Shown here: positions 1 through 9,555 of the stretch, in pieces
Layout: each line of letters opens with the position of its first letter
How positions within the stretch are numbered: position 1 is the stretch's first letter
NCBI GenBank assembly: GCA_963695345.1
Contig: OY968769.1
Coordinates: 2,115,649-2,179,648 of the forward strand
Direction of reading: 5' to 3'
DNA length: 64,000 nucleotides
Source of the DNA: an uncultured Methanomassiliicoccales archaeon
Lineage (GTDB): Archaea; Thermoplasmatota; Thermoplasmata; Methanomassiliicoccales; UBA472
Position numbers and translations under genes: made by a program
The notes under the pieces: generated by a model
The model's database searches: none
The model's input: the letters and a program-made list of their open reading frames with translations, nothing else
What the model was told of the DNA's origin: nothing

Positions 1-1
1 C

Positions 2-925
2 CGGATCGAGAACGAGATCGGGGACATCCGGGACCTTTCTGCCCTGAAACGGTCGATGGGCGAATTCCAGCCGGATATGGTGTTCCACCTTGCCGCCCAG
101 CCTCTGGTCCGGCTTTCGTACGAGGAACCGGTCGAGACCTTCGAGACCAATGTCATGGGGACCGTCAACGTCCTGGAGGCATTGAGGGGCTGTTCCGGAA
201 CCAAGGCCTGCGTGATGATAACCAGCGACAAATGCTACCAGAACAATGAATGGGTGTATTCCTATCGGGAGAACGATCCGATGGGAGGTCACGACCCATA
301 CAGCGCCAGCAAAGGGGCGGCGGAGATCGTCATCGGCTCATACCGTTCATCATACTTCTCAAAGGCGGCCAAGGAGGGTGCCGGATGCGGCGTGGCCAGC
401 GCGAGGGCGGGCAACGTGATCGGGGGAGGGGATTGGGCCCTCGACCGGATCGTCCCCGACTGCATGAGGAACCTCAAGGCCTCCAAGCCCATCGTGGTCA
501 GGAATCCGGCGGCGGTACGTCCCTGGCAACATGTCATGGAGCCTCTCTATGGATATCTCTGCCTGGGGGCATCATTGGCAAAGCGTCCCTCCGATTTTGA
601 CTCGGCATGGAACTTCGGACCGGCCTCGGGCAACGTCAACGTAGGCTCCCTGGTGGAGATGATCGTCAAGGAATGGGGCTCCGGGAAATGGATAGATGCT
701 TCCAATCCTTCGGACCGGCATGAGGCCCATTTCCTGCGCTTGGACAGCACGAAGGCCAGCAGCCTGCTCGGATGGCAGGGGATCCTGGATGTACCGGACG
801 CCGTGGCCATGTCCGTGGAGTGGTACAAGGAGTTCTATTCCAACGGAGATATGGCGGCCAAGACCAACGCCCAGATCTCCGAGTACATGGAGAGGGCAGA
901 GCTACGTTCAAAGCGTATGGAGTGA
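2..925 (+). CDS. rfbG: CDP-glucose 4,6-dehydratase, N-terminus outside window
   Basis: The frame is open from base 2 ([22 protein letters not shown]...) to a stop at 923-925. It carries extended-SDR sugar dehydratase motifs: [23 protein letters not shown] and YSASKGAAE (YxxxK). Confidence 0.75.
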   Translation, partial: RIENEIGDIRDLSALKRSMGEFQPDMVFHLAAQPLVRLSYEEPVETFETNVMGTVNVLEALRGCSGTKACVMITSDKCYQNNEWVYSYRENDPMGGHDPYSASKGAAEIVIGSYRSSYFSKAAKEGAGCGVASARAGNVIGGGDWALDRIVPDCMRNLKASKPIVVRNPAAVRPWQHVMEPLYGYLCLGASLAKRPSDFDSAWNFGPASGNVNVGSLVEMIVKEWGSGKWIDASNPSDRHEAHFLRLDSTKASSLLGWQGILDVPDAVAMSVEWYKEFYSNGDMAAKTNAQISEYMERAELRSKRME

Positions 926-929
926 GACC

Positions 930-2282
930 ATGGCAGATCATGATGACGTTCTGAGCAACCGTAAGCTGGACCGCGATCCCCGGGCGGCGGAGCTGCGCGA
1001 TTCGATCCTGAAGCAAGTGGAAGAATACTTCTCCATTGCCCATGCCAAGGCGGAGTTCGTGCCCGGTAAGACGCCGGTGCCGGTCTCCGGGAAGGTCTTC
1101 GACGGAGACGACGGGCAATTCCTGGTGGCCTCCTCATTGGATTTCTGGTTGACCACGGGCAGGTTCAACGACATGTTCGAGAGCCGGTTCAGGGACTTCA
1201 TCCAGAGCGAGCACGCCCTCACCACCAACTCCGGTTCCTCCGCCAATCTGCTGGCGGTCACCGCGCTCACCTCGAACAAGCTTGGCGGCGAACGGTTGAG
1301 AAAGGGAGACGAGGTGATCACCGTGGCGGCGGGATTCCCCACCACGCTCAACCCCATCATTCAGAACGGCCTCGTTCCGGTGTTCGTTGATGTGGGGCTG
1401 CCCACGTACAATGTCAACGCAGACCTCCTGGAGGATGCGGTATCGGAGAAGACCAAGGCGATGATCTTCGCCCATACACTGGGAAACCCCTTCGATGTGG
1501 ACAGGATCGTGGCGTTCGCCGAGGAGCACGATCTCTGGCTGGTCGAGGATTGCTGCGATGCCCTGGGTTCGAGATACGGCGGTCGACCGGTCGGGACGTT
1601 CGGTGACATCGGTACCTTCAGCTTCTATCCCGCCCACCACATAACCATGGGGGAAGGCGGTGCGGTGGCCACGAACGATGACGTTCTGGCAAAATCCTTG
1701 GAATCGTTCCGGGACTGGGGTCGTGATTGCCATTGCCCGCCCGGTCATGACAATACCTGCCGGAACCGTTACGGGTTCAAGTTCGAGAACCTTCCCCAGG
1801 GTTACGATCACAAGTATGTCTACTCGGAGGTCGGATACAATCTGAAGATCTCCGACATGCAGGCGTCCGTCGGCCTGTCCCAGATGGACAAGCTGTCCGG
1901 GTTCATCGTCAGGAGGCAGGAGAACTACGCCAAACTGCGCGGGGCCCTCGCAGATCTGGAGGGATCGATAATATTGCCCGAGGCAACACCGAACAGCGAG
2001 CCGTCCTGGTTCGGTTTCCCCATATCGGTCAAGGGCGGGTTCGAGGAAAGGAACCGGCTCATCGATTTCCTGGACCGGAAGAAGATCGGGACGAGGTTGC
2101 TCTTCGGAGGCAACCTGACCAAGCAGCCCTACTTCAAGGACATTCCACACCGCCAGATTGGCTCTCTCCCCAACACCGACAGGATAATGAACCAGACGCT
2201 TTGGCTGGGGGTCTATCCCGGGCTGACCCAGGAAATGATCGAGTACGTCAGTGCGTCAGTTCACGAGTTCTTCAAGCGGTGA
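930..2282 (+). CDS. rfbH: CDP-4-keto-6-deoxy-D-glucose 3-dehydrase (E1-type, DegT/DnrJ/EryC1 fold)
   Basis: ATG 930 lies 5 nt after the rfbG stop. Fold motifs are [10 protein letters not shown] and [26 protein letters not shown] has His where aminotransferases carry the PLP-Lys, and [11 protein letters not shown] gives a C-x-C-x7-C cysteine cluster. Confidence 0.7.
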   Translation: MADHDDVLSNRKLDRDPRAAELRDSILKQVEEYFSIAHAKAEFVPGKTPVPVSGKVFDGDDGQFLVASSLDFWLTTGRFNDMFESRFRDFIQSEHALTTNSGSSANLLAVTALTSNKLGGERLRKGDEVITVAAGFPTTLNPIIQNGLVPVFVDVGLPTYNVNADLLEDAVSEKTKAMIFAHTLGNPFDVDRIVAFAEEHDLWLVEDCCDALGSRYGGRPVGTFGDIGTFSFYPAHHITMGEGGAVATNDDVLAKSLESFRDWGRDCHCPPGHDNTCRNRYGFKFENLPQGYDHKYVYSEVGYNLKISDMQASVGLSQMDKLSGFIVRRQENYAKLRGALADLEGSIILPEATPNSEPSWFGFPISVKGGFEERNRLIDFLDRKKIGTRLLFGGNLTKQPYFKDIPHRQIGSLPNTDRIMNQTLWLGVYPGLTQEMIEYVSASVHEFFKR

Positions 2283-2412
2283 AGGACGGTCCAGGGATGC
2301 GAGGTCCGGATATCAGAGGAATGTGGGGGGGTCCAGTCCCATGCCATCGAAATCCATACATTTTTGGACATGTGGGTATTTCCATTAAGCATAACATCGA
2401 TTGAGGATTGAG

Positions 2413-3531
2413 ATGCGTATACTAGTGGTCACCAAATACTACCATCCGGTCATTGGCGGAGTGGAGACCCTGGTCCGCACACTGGCCGAACGTCATGTCC
2501 TTGCCGGACACCAATGCACGGTGCTATGCATGGACCACTCGAGGGATTCCGAGGAGATACTGAACGGGGTCCGGGTGGTCCGCTTCCACCGGCAGGGTCT
2601 GGCCCGGACCGGGATCCATCTGGGAGTAAGGGATTGGCTGATATCGAACGCCAATCCGGACCAATTCGATATCGTCAACATTCATAACTTCCATTCGCCC
2701 CAGGCCCTGATGGCGGGTTTCTACTGTCGGCAGCATGACCTGCCGTTCGTTTTCACCACCCACTACCATGGACACGGCCAGAACAGGAAAAGGGACCTGC
2801 TCTTCCGAGTATATCGGATCTATGGAAGCAACATCTACCATTGGTCTGAAAAGAATATCTGCGTCTCGAACTTCGAAAAGGAACTGGTCCAGAACGATTT
2901 CCATCTACCAGAGGACAGCATCGTCATCGTGCCCAACGGAGGCCGGGACCTCATGAAGGTGGACGTGCCCAAGGAAGATTCCATACTCTACGTCGGCAGG
3001 CTGGTGAAGTACAAGGGTGTGGACCATATCCTCTCGGCCATGGCCATTCTGAAGGGCCGGGGCAAGAACGTTCAGCTAAGGGTCGTGGGCACCGGACCGG
3101 AGAAGGAATCGCTGGTAAGAACGGCCCAGGAGCTCGGATTGGAGGGGCAGATCGTCTGGATGGAAGGGATCAGCGAGGAGCAGCTGAACCTGGAGTATCA
3201 TAAGGCCGGTGTCCTGGTGCTCTTGTCCGCCCTGGAAGCCTATGGTCTGGTCATCGCGGAGGCGTTGAAGTCCGGGACACCCTGCATCGTGGCGAAAACG
3301 TCGGCACTCACCGAGTTCACTTCCGAACCGGGCTGCTTCGGGGTGGAGTTCCCACCGGACCCGGAGGAGGTGGCCACTCTGATCGAGAAGACCATAGAGG
3401 GGGACGTTAAGGTCGGGCCCCTGAGCGACAAGCTGATCACCTGGCAGCAGGTGTCGGAGCGTTACCTCGACATCTACCGGGAGGCCATGGAACGTTTCCG
3501 TGCCAGGGCCGATACCGTCAGGGGTCCTTGA
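2413..3531 (+). CDS. glycosyltransferase family 4 (GT-B fold)
   Basis: Start taken at ATG 2413; the track ORF begins at TTG 2401. The N-terminus MRILVVTKYYHPVIGGVE and the segment EAYGLVIAEALKSGTPCIV are typical of GT4. Confidence 0.75.
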   Translation: MRILVVTKYYHPVIGGVETLVRTLAERHVLAGHQCTVLCMDHSRDSEEILNGVRVVRFHRQGLARTGIHLGVRDWLISNANPDQFDIVNIHNFHSPQALMAGFYCRQHDLPFVFTTHYHGHGQNRKRDLLFRVYRIYGSNIYHWSEKNICVSNFEKELVQNDFHLPEDSIVIVPNGGRDLMKVDVPKEDSILYVGRLVKYKGVDHILSAMAILKGRGKNVQLRVVGTGPEKESLVRTAQELGLEGQIVWMEGISEEQLNLEYHKAGVLVLLSALEAYGLVIAEALKSGTPCIVAKTSALTEFTSEPGCFGVEFPPDPEEVATLIEKTIEGDVKVGPLSDKLITWQQVSERYLDIYREAMERFRARADTVRGP

Positions 3532-3558
3532 GTCGTTAGCTCTTTTTGGCGGTACCGA

Positions 3559-4353
3559 TTACGGCAGAGTGAACCCTAGCGATTCCGCCTCGTCGAACGC
3601 CTTCTGGGCCGAGTCCCTTCCTAGTGTCTTTATCACCAATTCCCTTTTTTCCAGGATATCCTTGACCAGGACCAGGTCCTTCTCCAGAAGCATCCGGGTA
3701 TCCGATCTCCTCAGGTCGAGCATGGTGACGGGATACAAACGGTATCTTTCCAGAAGCTCTTCCAATCCTCCCTGTTCTGGCTGCTTCCATCCGATCAGCT
3801 TCATGCATATGCAATCGGCATACTTCACCACATCACTGGTGAAACGCGTATTGGTTACCAGGTAGGGGCATTTGAGGTCCTTCGATCCATCCACGTCCAG
3901 GAACCTGCCATAGGTATAAAGTGCGGTCTGGATGCTGCACTTCAGGGCCAGGGAGTTGTGGAACTTGCACTCCACCATGTACCGTTCCTGATCCTTCTCC
4001 ATCATGACATCGACCTCATGCATGACGCATATGCCTTGGACCATCTCCCGGACCTTTGCCTGGTAGCCCATCTCCTGGAACAGCCGGAAGATGAGGGTCT
4101 CGAAGTGGTGTCCTTCCGGCCCCAATGCCAAGATCGCCTTTTTCAACCCATATCTGGCCGCCGTGCGGGCGTTGAGCATGATGCGGATCTGGCGATAGAT
4201 CTCTTCGGTGGTGATGCCGTCGTATAGTCTGGGCAACAGGCGGTCTATGGTGTCATCGGCCTCATCCGACGATGCCCCCGCCCGCATGACCGCCGTCTTG
4301 GTCTTGGCACGGTCGAACTCCTCTGTCTCCCCGGATCGTTTGGTCACCTTCAT
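3559..4353 (-). CDS. ATP-cone domain protein with restriction-endonuclease-like C-terminal domain
   Basis: MKVTKRSGETEEFDRAKTKTAVMRAG...ITTEEIYRQI is an ATP-cone. The C-terminal half (HEVDVMMEKDQERYMVECKFH, YLVTNTRFT) resembles an Mrr-type nuclease core. Start taken at the internal ATG 4353; the ORF is open up to 4557. Confidence 0.55.
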   Translation of the reverse strand: MKVTKRSGETEEFDRAKTKTAVMRAGASSDEADDTIDRLLPRLYDGITTEEIYRQIRIMLNARTAARYGLKKAILALGPEGHHFETLIFRLFQEMGYQAKVREMVQGICVMHEVDVMMEKDQERYMVECKFHNSLALKCSIQTALYTYGRFLDVDGSKDLKCPYLVTNTRFTSDVVKYADCICMKLIGWKQPEQGGLEELLERYRLYPVTMLDLRRSDTRMLLEKDLVLVKDILEKRELVIKTLGRDSAQKAFDEAESLGFTLP

Positions 4354-4592
4354 GCGCTCACCGACAGGATACGGAGAGATTGCCCGGAATAAATCAGTAT
4401 TCCCAGTGAAGCGCGTCAGGATGGCCGCCATCGATGCCCGGTTTGCTCCGTTTCCCTTCGCCCACGGTCCTGGACCATCCGTGAAATCGTATGGAAACCC
4501 ATCCTTGCCATCGATTAATAATATCCAATCCGGTATCCTGACCGTTGAATCGCCCACGGGTATCTGGCGAATTGGCCAAGCCGGCGTTGTTG

Positions 4593-5813
4593 ATGGCAGT
4601 GGCCACTCTGATGGGTGGGGGATGCGACTATCTGTTCCAGTACTACATGAGCGGAACGATGACCCCGGCCAGTTTCTCAGAGCTTTCGGCCTTGTTGTCC
4701 ATGTTCTACCTGGCGGTGGCGCCGGCCCAGGTCATGAGCACGTTCCTGGTCAAGCAGACCTCCCGGCTCAACGTCGAGGGACGGAAGCACGAGATCGCCT
4801 GGATGATCCGGAAAATGGTGCTCTATGAGGCGATCATAGGCGCCGCCATCGCCCTGGGGATGTACCTGCTGCTGCCCAGCATATCCAATTTCATCTATCT
4901 CTCCTCGACGTTCCCGGTCTTCCTGCTCATGGCCGGGGTGGTGATATCATTGATATCGCCGGTCGGATATGGGACCAGCCAAGGGCTCGAACGGTTCCGT
5001 TACAATGCCCTCTATGGGATCACCGGGCCGGTCACCAAGCTCGGGATGGGCATCATCCTGGTCGCCATAGGCTTCGGTATCATGGGGGCCCTCGGAGGGG
5101 TGTTGATCGGTCTGTCCCTGGCTTTGGCCGTTTCTCTGTACTCGATCCGGGACATCTTCCGGGTCGAACCGGTCCGTATCCCCGGACCAGAGCTGGTGAG
5201 GATGCGGGCTTCGCTCGTGCACGTGATAATCGCCGTCACTTGCCTCACCATCATGGTCAACGTGGATGTGATACTGGCAAGGCAGTATCTTGACGCCAAC
5301 ACCGCCGGTCTGTACGCGGTATGCTCCATGCTCGGCAAGATAATCCTCTTCCTGCCGTCGTCCATCAACATCGTGATCTATCCGAAGCTGTCGGCAGCCC
5401 ATGCCAAGAGATCCGGCACCGTTGCCATGATGCGCCTTTCCGTCCTGATCGCCCTGGGGGTGACCGGCATCGTGGTCATCTCTTTCTTCCTCTTCCCTAA
5501 CGAGATACTCCGGCTTCTTTACGGGGGGGACAAATACATCGGGGCGGCGGCGGGACTGGGCATACTGGGATTGGCCATGGCCCTCCTGGGCGTCGCCAAC
5601 CTTTTCATGAACTATGGTCTGGCCGTCGAGTCGCGGGCGTACCTGGCCATAATGGTGTTCTTCACCGCGTTACAGGTGGCGTTGATCGTCCTGTTCCATG
5701 ATTCCCTGGTGACGATCGCCCTGGACATGCTGTTGGCCTTCGGGGGGACCACTCTGGTGAGCTGGACCTACATGGAGTTGAGCAGCGACAAGACTGCCCA
5801 TCCAGAAGCCTGA
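4593..5813 (+). CDS. oligosaccharide/polysaccharide flippase (Wzx/MOP-like) membrane protein
   Basis: The protein is hydrophobic and multi-helix along its whole length, and it sits in a glycosyltransferase cluster. The start is ambiguous (TTG 4545 or ATG 4593). Confidence 0.6.
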   Translation: MAVATLMGGGCDYLFQYYMSGTMTPASFSELSALLSMFYLAVAPAQVMSTFLVKQTSRLNVEGRKHEIAWMIRKMVLYEAIIGAAIALGMYLLLPSISNFIYLSSTFPVFLLMAGVVISLISPVGYGTSQGLERFRYNALYGITGPVTKLGMGIILVAIGFGIMGALGGVLIGLSLALAVSLYSIRDIFRVEPVRIPGPELVRMRASLVHVIIAVTCLTIMVNVDVILARQYLDANTAGLYAVCSMLGKIILFLPSSINIVIYPKLSAAHAKRSGTVAMMRLSVLIALGVTGIVVISFFLFPNEILRLLYGGDKYIGAAAGLGILGLAMALLGVANLFMNYGLAVESRAYLAIMVFFTALQVALIVLFHDSLVTIALDMLLAFGGTTLVSWTYMELSSDKTAHPEA

Positions 5814-5870
5814 TGCGAGACGCCCTTCTACCGATATCACATCACTGTTCTCGACAGCGATTCACCGATA

Positions 5871-6710
5871 TTGATAATAGTCCGAGTTCAATTAACGGAA
5901 CGTGATCCCAAATTGTCTGGAGAACTCCTTTCGATCATCATCCCCTCGCTGAATGAGGAAAGGCACATCGGCATGGCCCTGAGGTCCATCAAGGACCAGG
6001 ACTACAAGCTCGTCGAGGTGATCCTGGTGGACTCGTTTTCCAAGGACCGGACCAGGGAGATAGCCAGGGAGTACGGCGTCCAGATCGTGGACTATCCGGG
6101 AAGGGTCCTGGGGGCGAGGCTGGAGGGGCTAAAGAGGTCTACCGGTCAATGGGTGATGTTCATCGACGCTGACCAAGTGCTGCAGCCGAACGCGATCTCC
6201 CGCTGTGTGGAGCAGATACGGAGCCATGACATGGTGGTCCTCGGGGAACGTTCCTACCATCCATCCAACTGGGTCCAGCGTGGTCTGGACCGTCAAAGGC
6301 GGTTCTTGGAGAGCGAAGCGATGAAAGGAGGGGTGGGATACTACGTTTATCCTCGTCTCTTCAGACGGGAATTGCTGGAATTCGCCTACTCCCAGGTTCC
6401 CGAGTCGCTCCTTTCCAGCATGGGCAACTATGAGGACTCGCTTCTGTACTCGAAGATGCTGGCCAGATCAACCGACTCCATCATTGTCCCGGAGTCGGTC
6501 TGGCACAATGAGGAGGCGAATGCCCGAGAGCTCTACAGGCATCAGCGGAAGTTCGGAAAATACACCAGAGCCAGTCGATCGACCGTGAAGGTCGAGACCT
6601 TCCACCGCTCGAAGTCGAAGACCAGGGGAATGCTGGACGCGCTCCGCCACCATTACTTCTGGGTCTCGGTAATTAAGGAACTGGGATTCCAGGTCGGCTA
6701 CCGATTCTAG
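5871..6710 (+). CDS. glycosyltransferase family 2
   Basis: GT2 motifs present: LSIIIPSLNEERHIG, EVILVDSFSKDRT and FIDADQV (DxD). There is no ATG near the 5' end, so the start is probably TTG (5871 or 5913). Confidence 0.7.
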   Translation: MIIVRVQLTERDPKLSGELLSIIIPSLNEERHIGMALRSIKDQDYKLVEVILVDSFSKDRTREIAREYGVQIVDYPGRVLGARLEGLKRSTGQWVMFIDADQVLQPNAISRCVEQIRSHDMVVLGERSYHPSNWVQRGLDRQRRFLESEAMKGGVGYYVYPRLFRRELLEFAYSQVPESLLSSMGNYEDSLLYSKMLARSTDSIIVPESVWHNEEANARELYRHQRKFGKYTRASRSTVKVETFHRSKSKTRGMLDALRHHYFWVSVIKELGFQVGYRF

Positions 6711-6809
6711 ACCTGCAGTGGATCTGACGAAAAAAGGTTTAGGTCAACCCATTTCTGAGGATTGAGTTGTGCATTTACTCCGTGGTACTGACATTCTTGA
6801 CCGGATGGG

Positions 6810-7314
6810 TCATGATAGCCGCGTAGGCGCGGTTCGATGCATTCCTCTGCCATCGTGAGGTCCAGCGGATTGAGCAACAAGAGAGAACGCGGTGTTGGTC
6901 GGCTCGGTGTTCAGCTCCCTCCTGAACGATTCACGCTGGTTGTTCTTCCAGGTGACGGTCATGAGGATGGAACCGTTCTTGAGCTCCAGGTTCAATGATT
7001 TCAGGATCGACGTGTATGTCGATGCCTTGCCCCGTACCGGACGTTCTCGATACCCCCACCTTTGACATCAGGCCGAACGCCTCCAGCTGATAGACCAACT
7101 TGTAGCATGTGGCTATCGGCAGGTTAATCGACGGCGCCATCTCGCTGACGGTCAGGCTTCTTCTCGATGTCGTTCCCAAAATGAACAGCACGACCGGATC
7201 GATAATGAAATGGGCGACAGCCGTCTTGTCCTGCTTGCTCAGGCGACTGATTGCATCCAAGATCGCGCTGTCCATGTCTAACTCGTATGTATCCCCCACC
7301 AATCTTAACCCCAT
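6810..7314 (-). pseudogene. winged-helix (ArsR/TrmB-like) transcription regulator, frameshifted
   Basis: The N-terminal part (RSLTVSEMAPSINLPIATCYKLVYQLEAFGLMSKV) parallels the intact paralogue at 57600-57962. The expected C-terminal part (TYTSILKSLNLELKNGSILMTVTWKN) continues in another frame, with the change near 7010-7025. A TATA-like element lies just upstream of ATG 7314. Confidence 0.45.
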
Positions 7315-7457
7315 ACCGTTATAAATGTGCGGAAAATAAAGCTTTTGAAAGACTATCGGGAATCGACCCACTCCTTATACCCCGTTAAGTAACCAAGAAA
7401 CTGCGAATTGTCGTAAGAATAGGATAATAAAAAGGAGAGAGCGGGCGCCCCGCCTCG

Positions 7458-8678
7458 TTACATCTTCCCTATGTCCGCCTGCTGCATCGTGGCATCGATC
7501 TCTGCCTTGAGCTGTTCCGGCAGGCCCATGATGCTGACGTCGAGGAATCCCCTCACGATCATGCCCACCGCCTCCTCCTCGGTAAGGCCGCGGGACATCA
7601 GGTACTCGACCTGGTCCTGGGCGATCTTGCCGACGGCCGCCTCGTGGGTCATTTCCACGTCCGGGACGTATGCCTCCAGCTCTGGAATGGCGATCTGGAC
7701 GCCCTTGTTCAGGATCAGTCCCTTGCATTCCAGGTGGGCCTTGATGCCGGACGCCTTTCCAACGAGCTGACCCCTGGAGATGATCTTTCCGCCGGTGGAA
7801 ACGGTCCTGGATACGATCTCGCAGCGGGTGTTGGGGGCGTTCATCAATGCTCGCCCGCCCAGGTCCATCTCGCTGCCCGGGTGACCGAGCGCGACGGTGC
7901 TGAACCGGGCCACCGCCCCGGCCCCGTCCATGCGGGTCGTGGGATAGGTCTGGATGGAACCTGGACCGGTCTGAGCGCGACATAGTTGGAGATGTAGGTC
8001 GAGTTCTCCTCCTGCAGGACGACCGTCCGCGGACGCACCCCCATGGTCTCTGACCAGTTGTGTATCATGGTGAAGGTCAGCTTGGCCCCTTTCTTGATGT
8101 AGAACTCGGAGATGCCCAGGTGCAGCGCTCTCTCGACCCCGTTGCTGGTCGAGCATCCGGTGAGCACCTCCAGTTCCGCGCCCTCCTCGATTATGATGAT
8201 ATTGTGCACGGTCTGCGCAGCGTCCTTGCTCTTGACCATGAGGCAGGTCTGCACCGGCAGCTGCACCTTGTGCCCCGCCAGCGCCCGGATGAAGTAGCCG
8301 TCAGCCTCCTCCAGATAGGTCCTGGCGGTGTACTTGTCCGCATCCACTGCCACCGCCTTCCAGCTGTAATCCTTCACCCAGTCATGGTTCTTGAGCGCCT
8401 GCTGGACCGATGTGACCTCGACCCCGCTGCCCTGTATGGATTCGTGCACCACGGTGTTGTCCATGAGCACGAACGAACCGGAACGGCCCTCTCCGCTCGG
8501 CATGACGCCGGCGTTCAGCAGGGACCTGCGGTCGGATTCGCTCAGGGATTCGAGGGATTCTGCCATAGGCATGTCCTTTCGGGCCTCCTTGAACTTGTCG
8601 AGTTCGATGTCCGATCCGAAGGTCGCCTTCTTTGTCCCTGGCCTCTTCCGCCTTCTTCCTTAGCGTTTCGGCGGACAT
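7458..8678 (-). pseudogene. sufB: Fe-S cluster assembly protein SufB/SufD family, two frame disruptions
   Basis: The protein is spread over three frames: MSAETLRKKAEEARDK from 8678, then KKATFGSDIELDKF...STYISNYVALRPVQ, then GSIQTYPTTRMDGAGAVARF...QQADIGKM ending at 7458. The frame changes fall near 8630 (an aaa run) and 7955-7968 (a gg run). Confidence 0.75.
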
Positions 8679-8681
8679 GCT

Positions 8682-9460
8682 TCAAGCCCCCCGTGCCATC
8701 TCGACGTTGGGTTTCTTCAGGTTCAGCTTGCATCGGATGCATTCATCGTATCCCATGCGCCTGATCTCCGCCAGCAGCTCCCTCGGGTTCCCGGAGCAGG
8801 CCACCGTACCCTTGCAGAGCACGTAACCCGCGGTCCGCCTCGACATAGTCCAGTATCGCTCCGGTGTGGGTGATGATGAGAGCTGCCCTTCCGCTCATGT
8901 CCCGCTTCCCGGCGCATCCCATCTTTCCATGCAGGAGCTCACTTCACCTTGGCCCCTACCTTCTGTATGGACACGATGTCCACTCCCGATTCCGGCTCGT
9001 CCAGGAGGAACAGGCAGGGATTCTGGGCCTCCAACTGGAGAAGTTCCGAGCGCTTGATCTCGCCTCCGGAGAATCCGACATTCACATCGCGGGCCAGGAA
9101 CGGCTGCATGTCCAGGTCCATCGCCAGCTTTTCTGGGTCGGAGCGGCCGCGTCCGGTGACCTTGACCAGGTCCCTCAGCCGCACCCCTACCAGGTTGGGC
9201 GGGCGCTGCATCATCATGCCGACCCCTTTCTGCGCCCTTTCCGAGACCGTCAGCCCGGTTATGTCCTCCCCATTAAGCTTGATCGAGCCTTGGGTGACCT
9301 TGTAACCGCTGAATCCCATGATGGTCATCAGCAACGTTGATTTGCCCGAACCGTTCGGTCCGAACAAGACGTTCGTGTAACCGTCCATGACGCTAATGTT
9401 CAGGTCATGCAACACTTCTCTGCCGCCGACCTCGACGCTTAGGTTTTCTATTTCCAGCAT
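8682..9460 (-). pseudogene. sufC: Fe-S cluster assembly ATPase SufC, two frame disruptions
   Basis: The ABC motifs GPNGSGKSTL, FSGGEIKR and LFLLDEPESGVD are present, followed by a stop at 8939. The protein continues as ELLHGKMGC...LIITHTGAILDYVEADRG in a second frame and GYVLCKGTVACSGNPRELLAEIRRMGYDECIRC in the third. The TGA at 8682-8684 lies 3 nt before the sufB ATG. Confidence 0.8.
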
Positions 9461-9555
9461 TTGGCTCGACCTGGTTATCTGACCGAGCGCAAGTTATTTA
9501 CCGTTTACCATTTTAACTATTGTTAATCCGAACCTTCTGATAACCCTTATGACGC

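Noticed and set aside
1134-2150. Long antisense or alternative-frame ORFs throughout the window, for example 1134-2150(-), 33490-34425(-), 36158-37153(+), 55247-56485(+), 46752-47510(-), 53342-54223(-) and 61154-61651(-).
   Set aside because: Each fully overlaps a gene with clear family motifs. Their translations are Arg/Gly/Pro/His-rich and low in complexity, as expected for shadow frames in GC-rich DNA.
4354-4557. An N-terminal 68-aa extension of the ATP-cone ORF that overlaps the flippase ORF start.
   Set aside because: ATP-cone domains normally begin at the protein N-terminus (MKVTKRSG...). The extension has no recognisable features and would overlap the divergent gene, so it is treated as 5' non-coding sequence.
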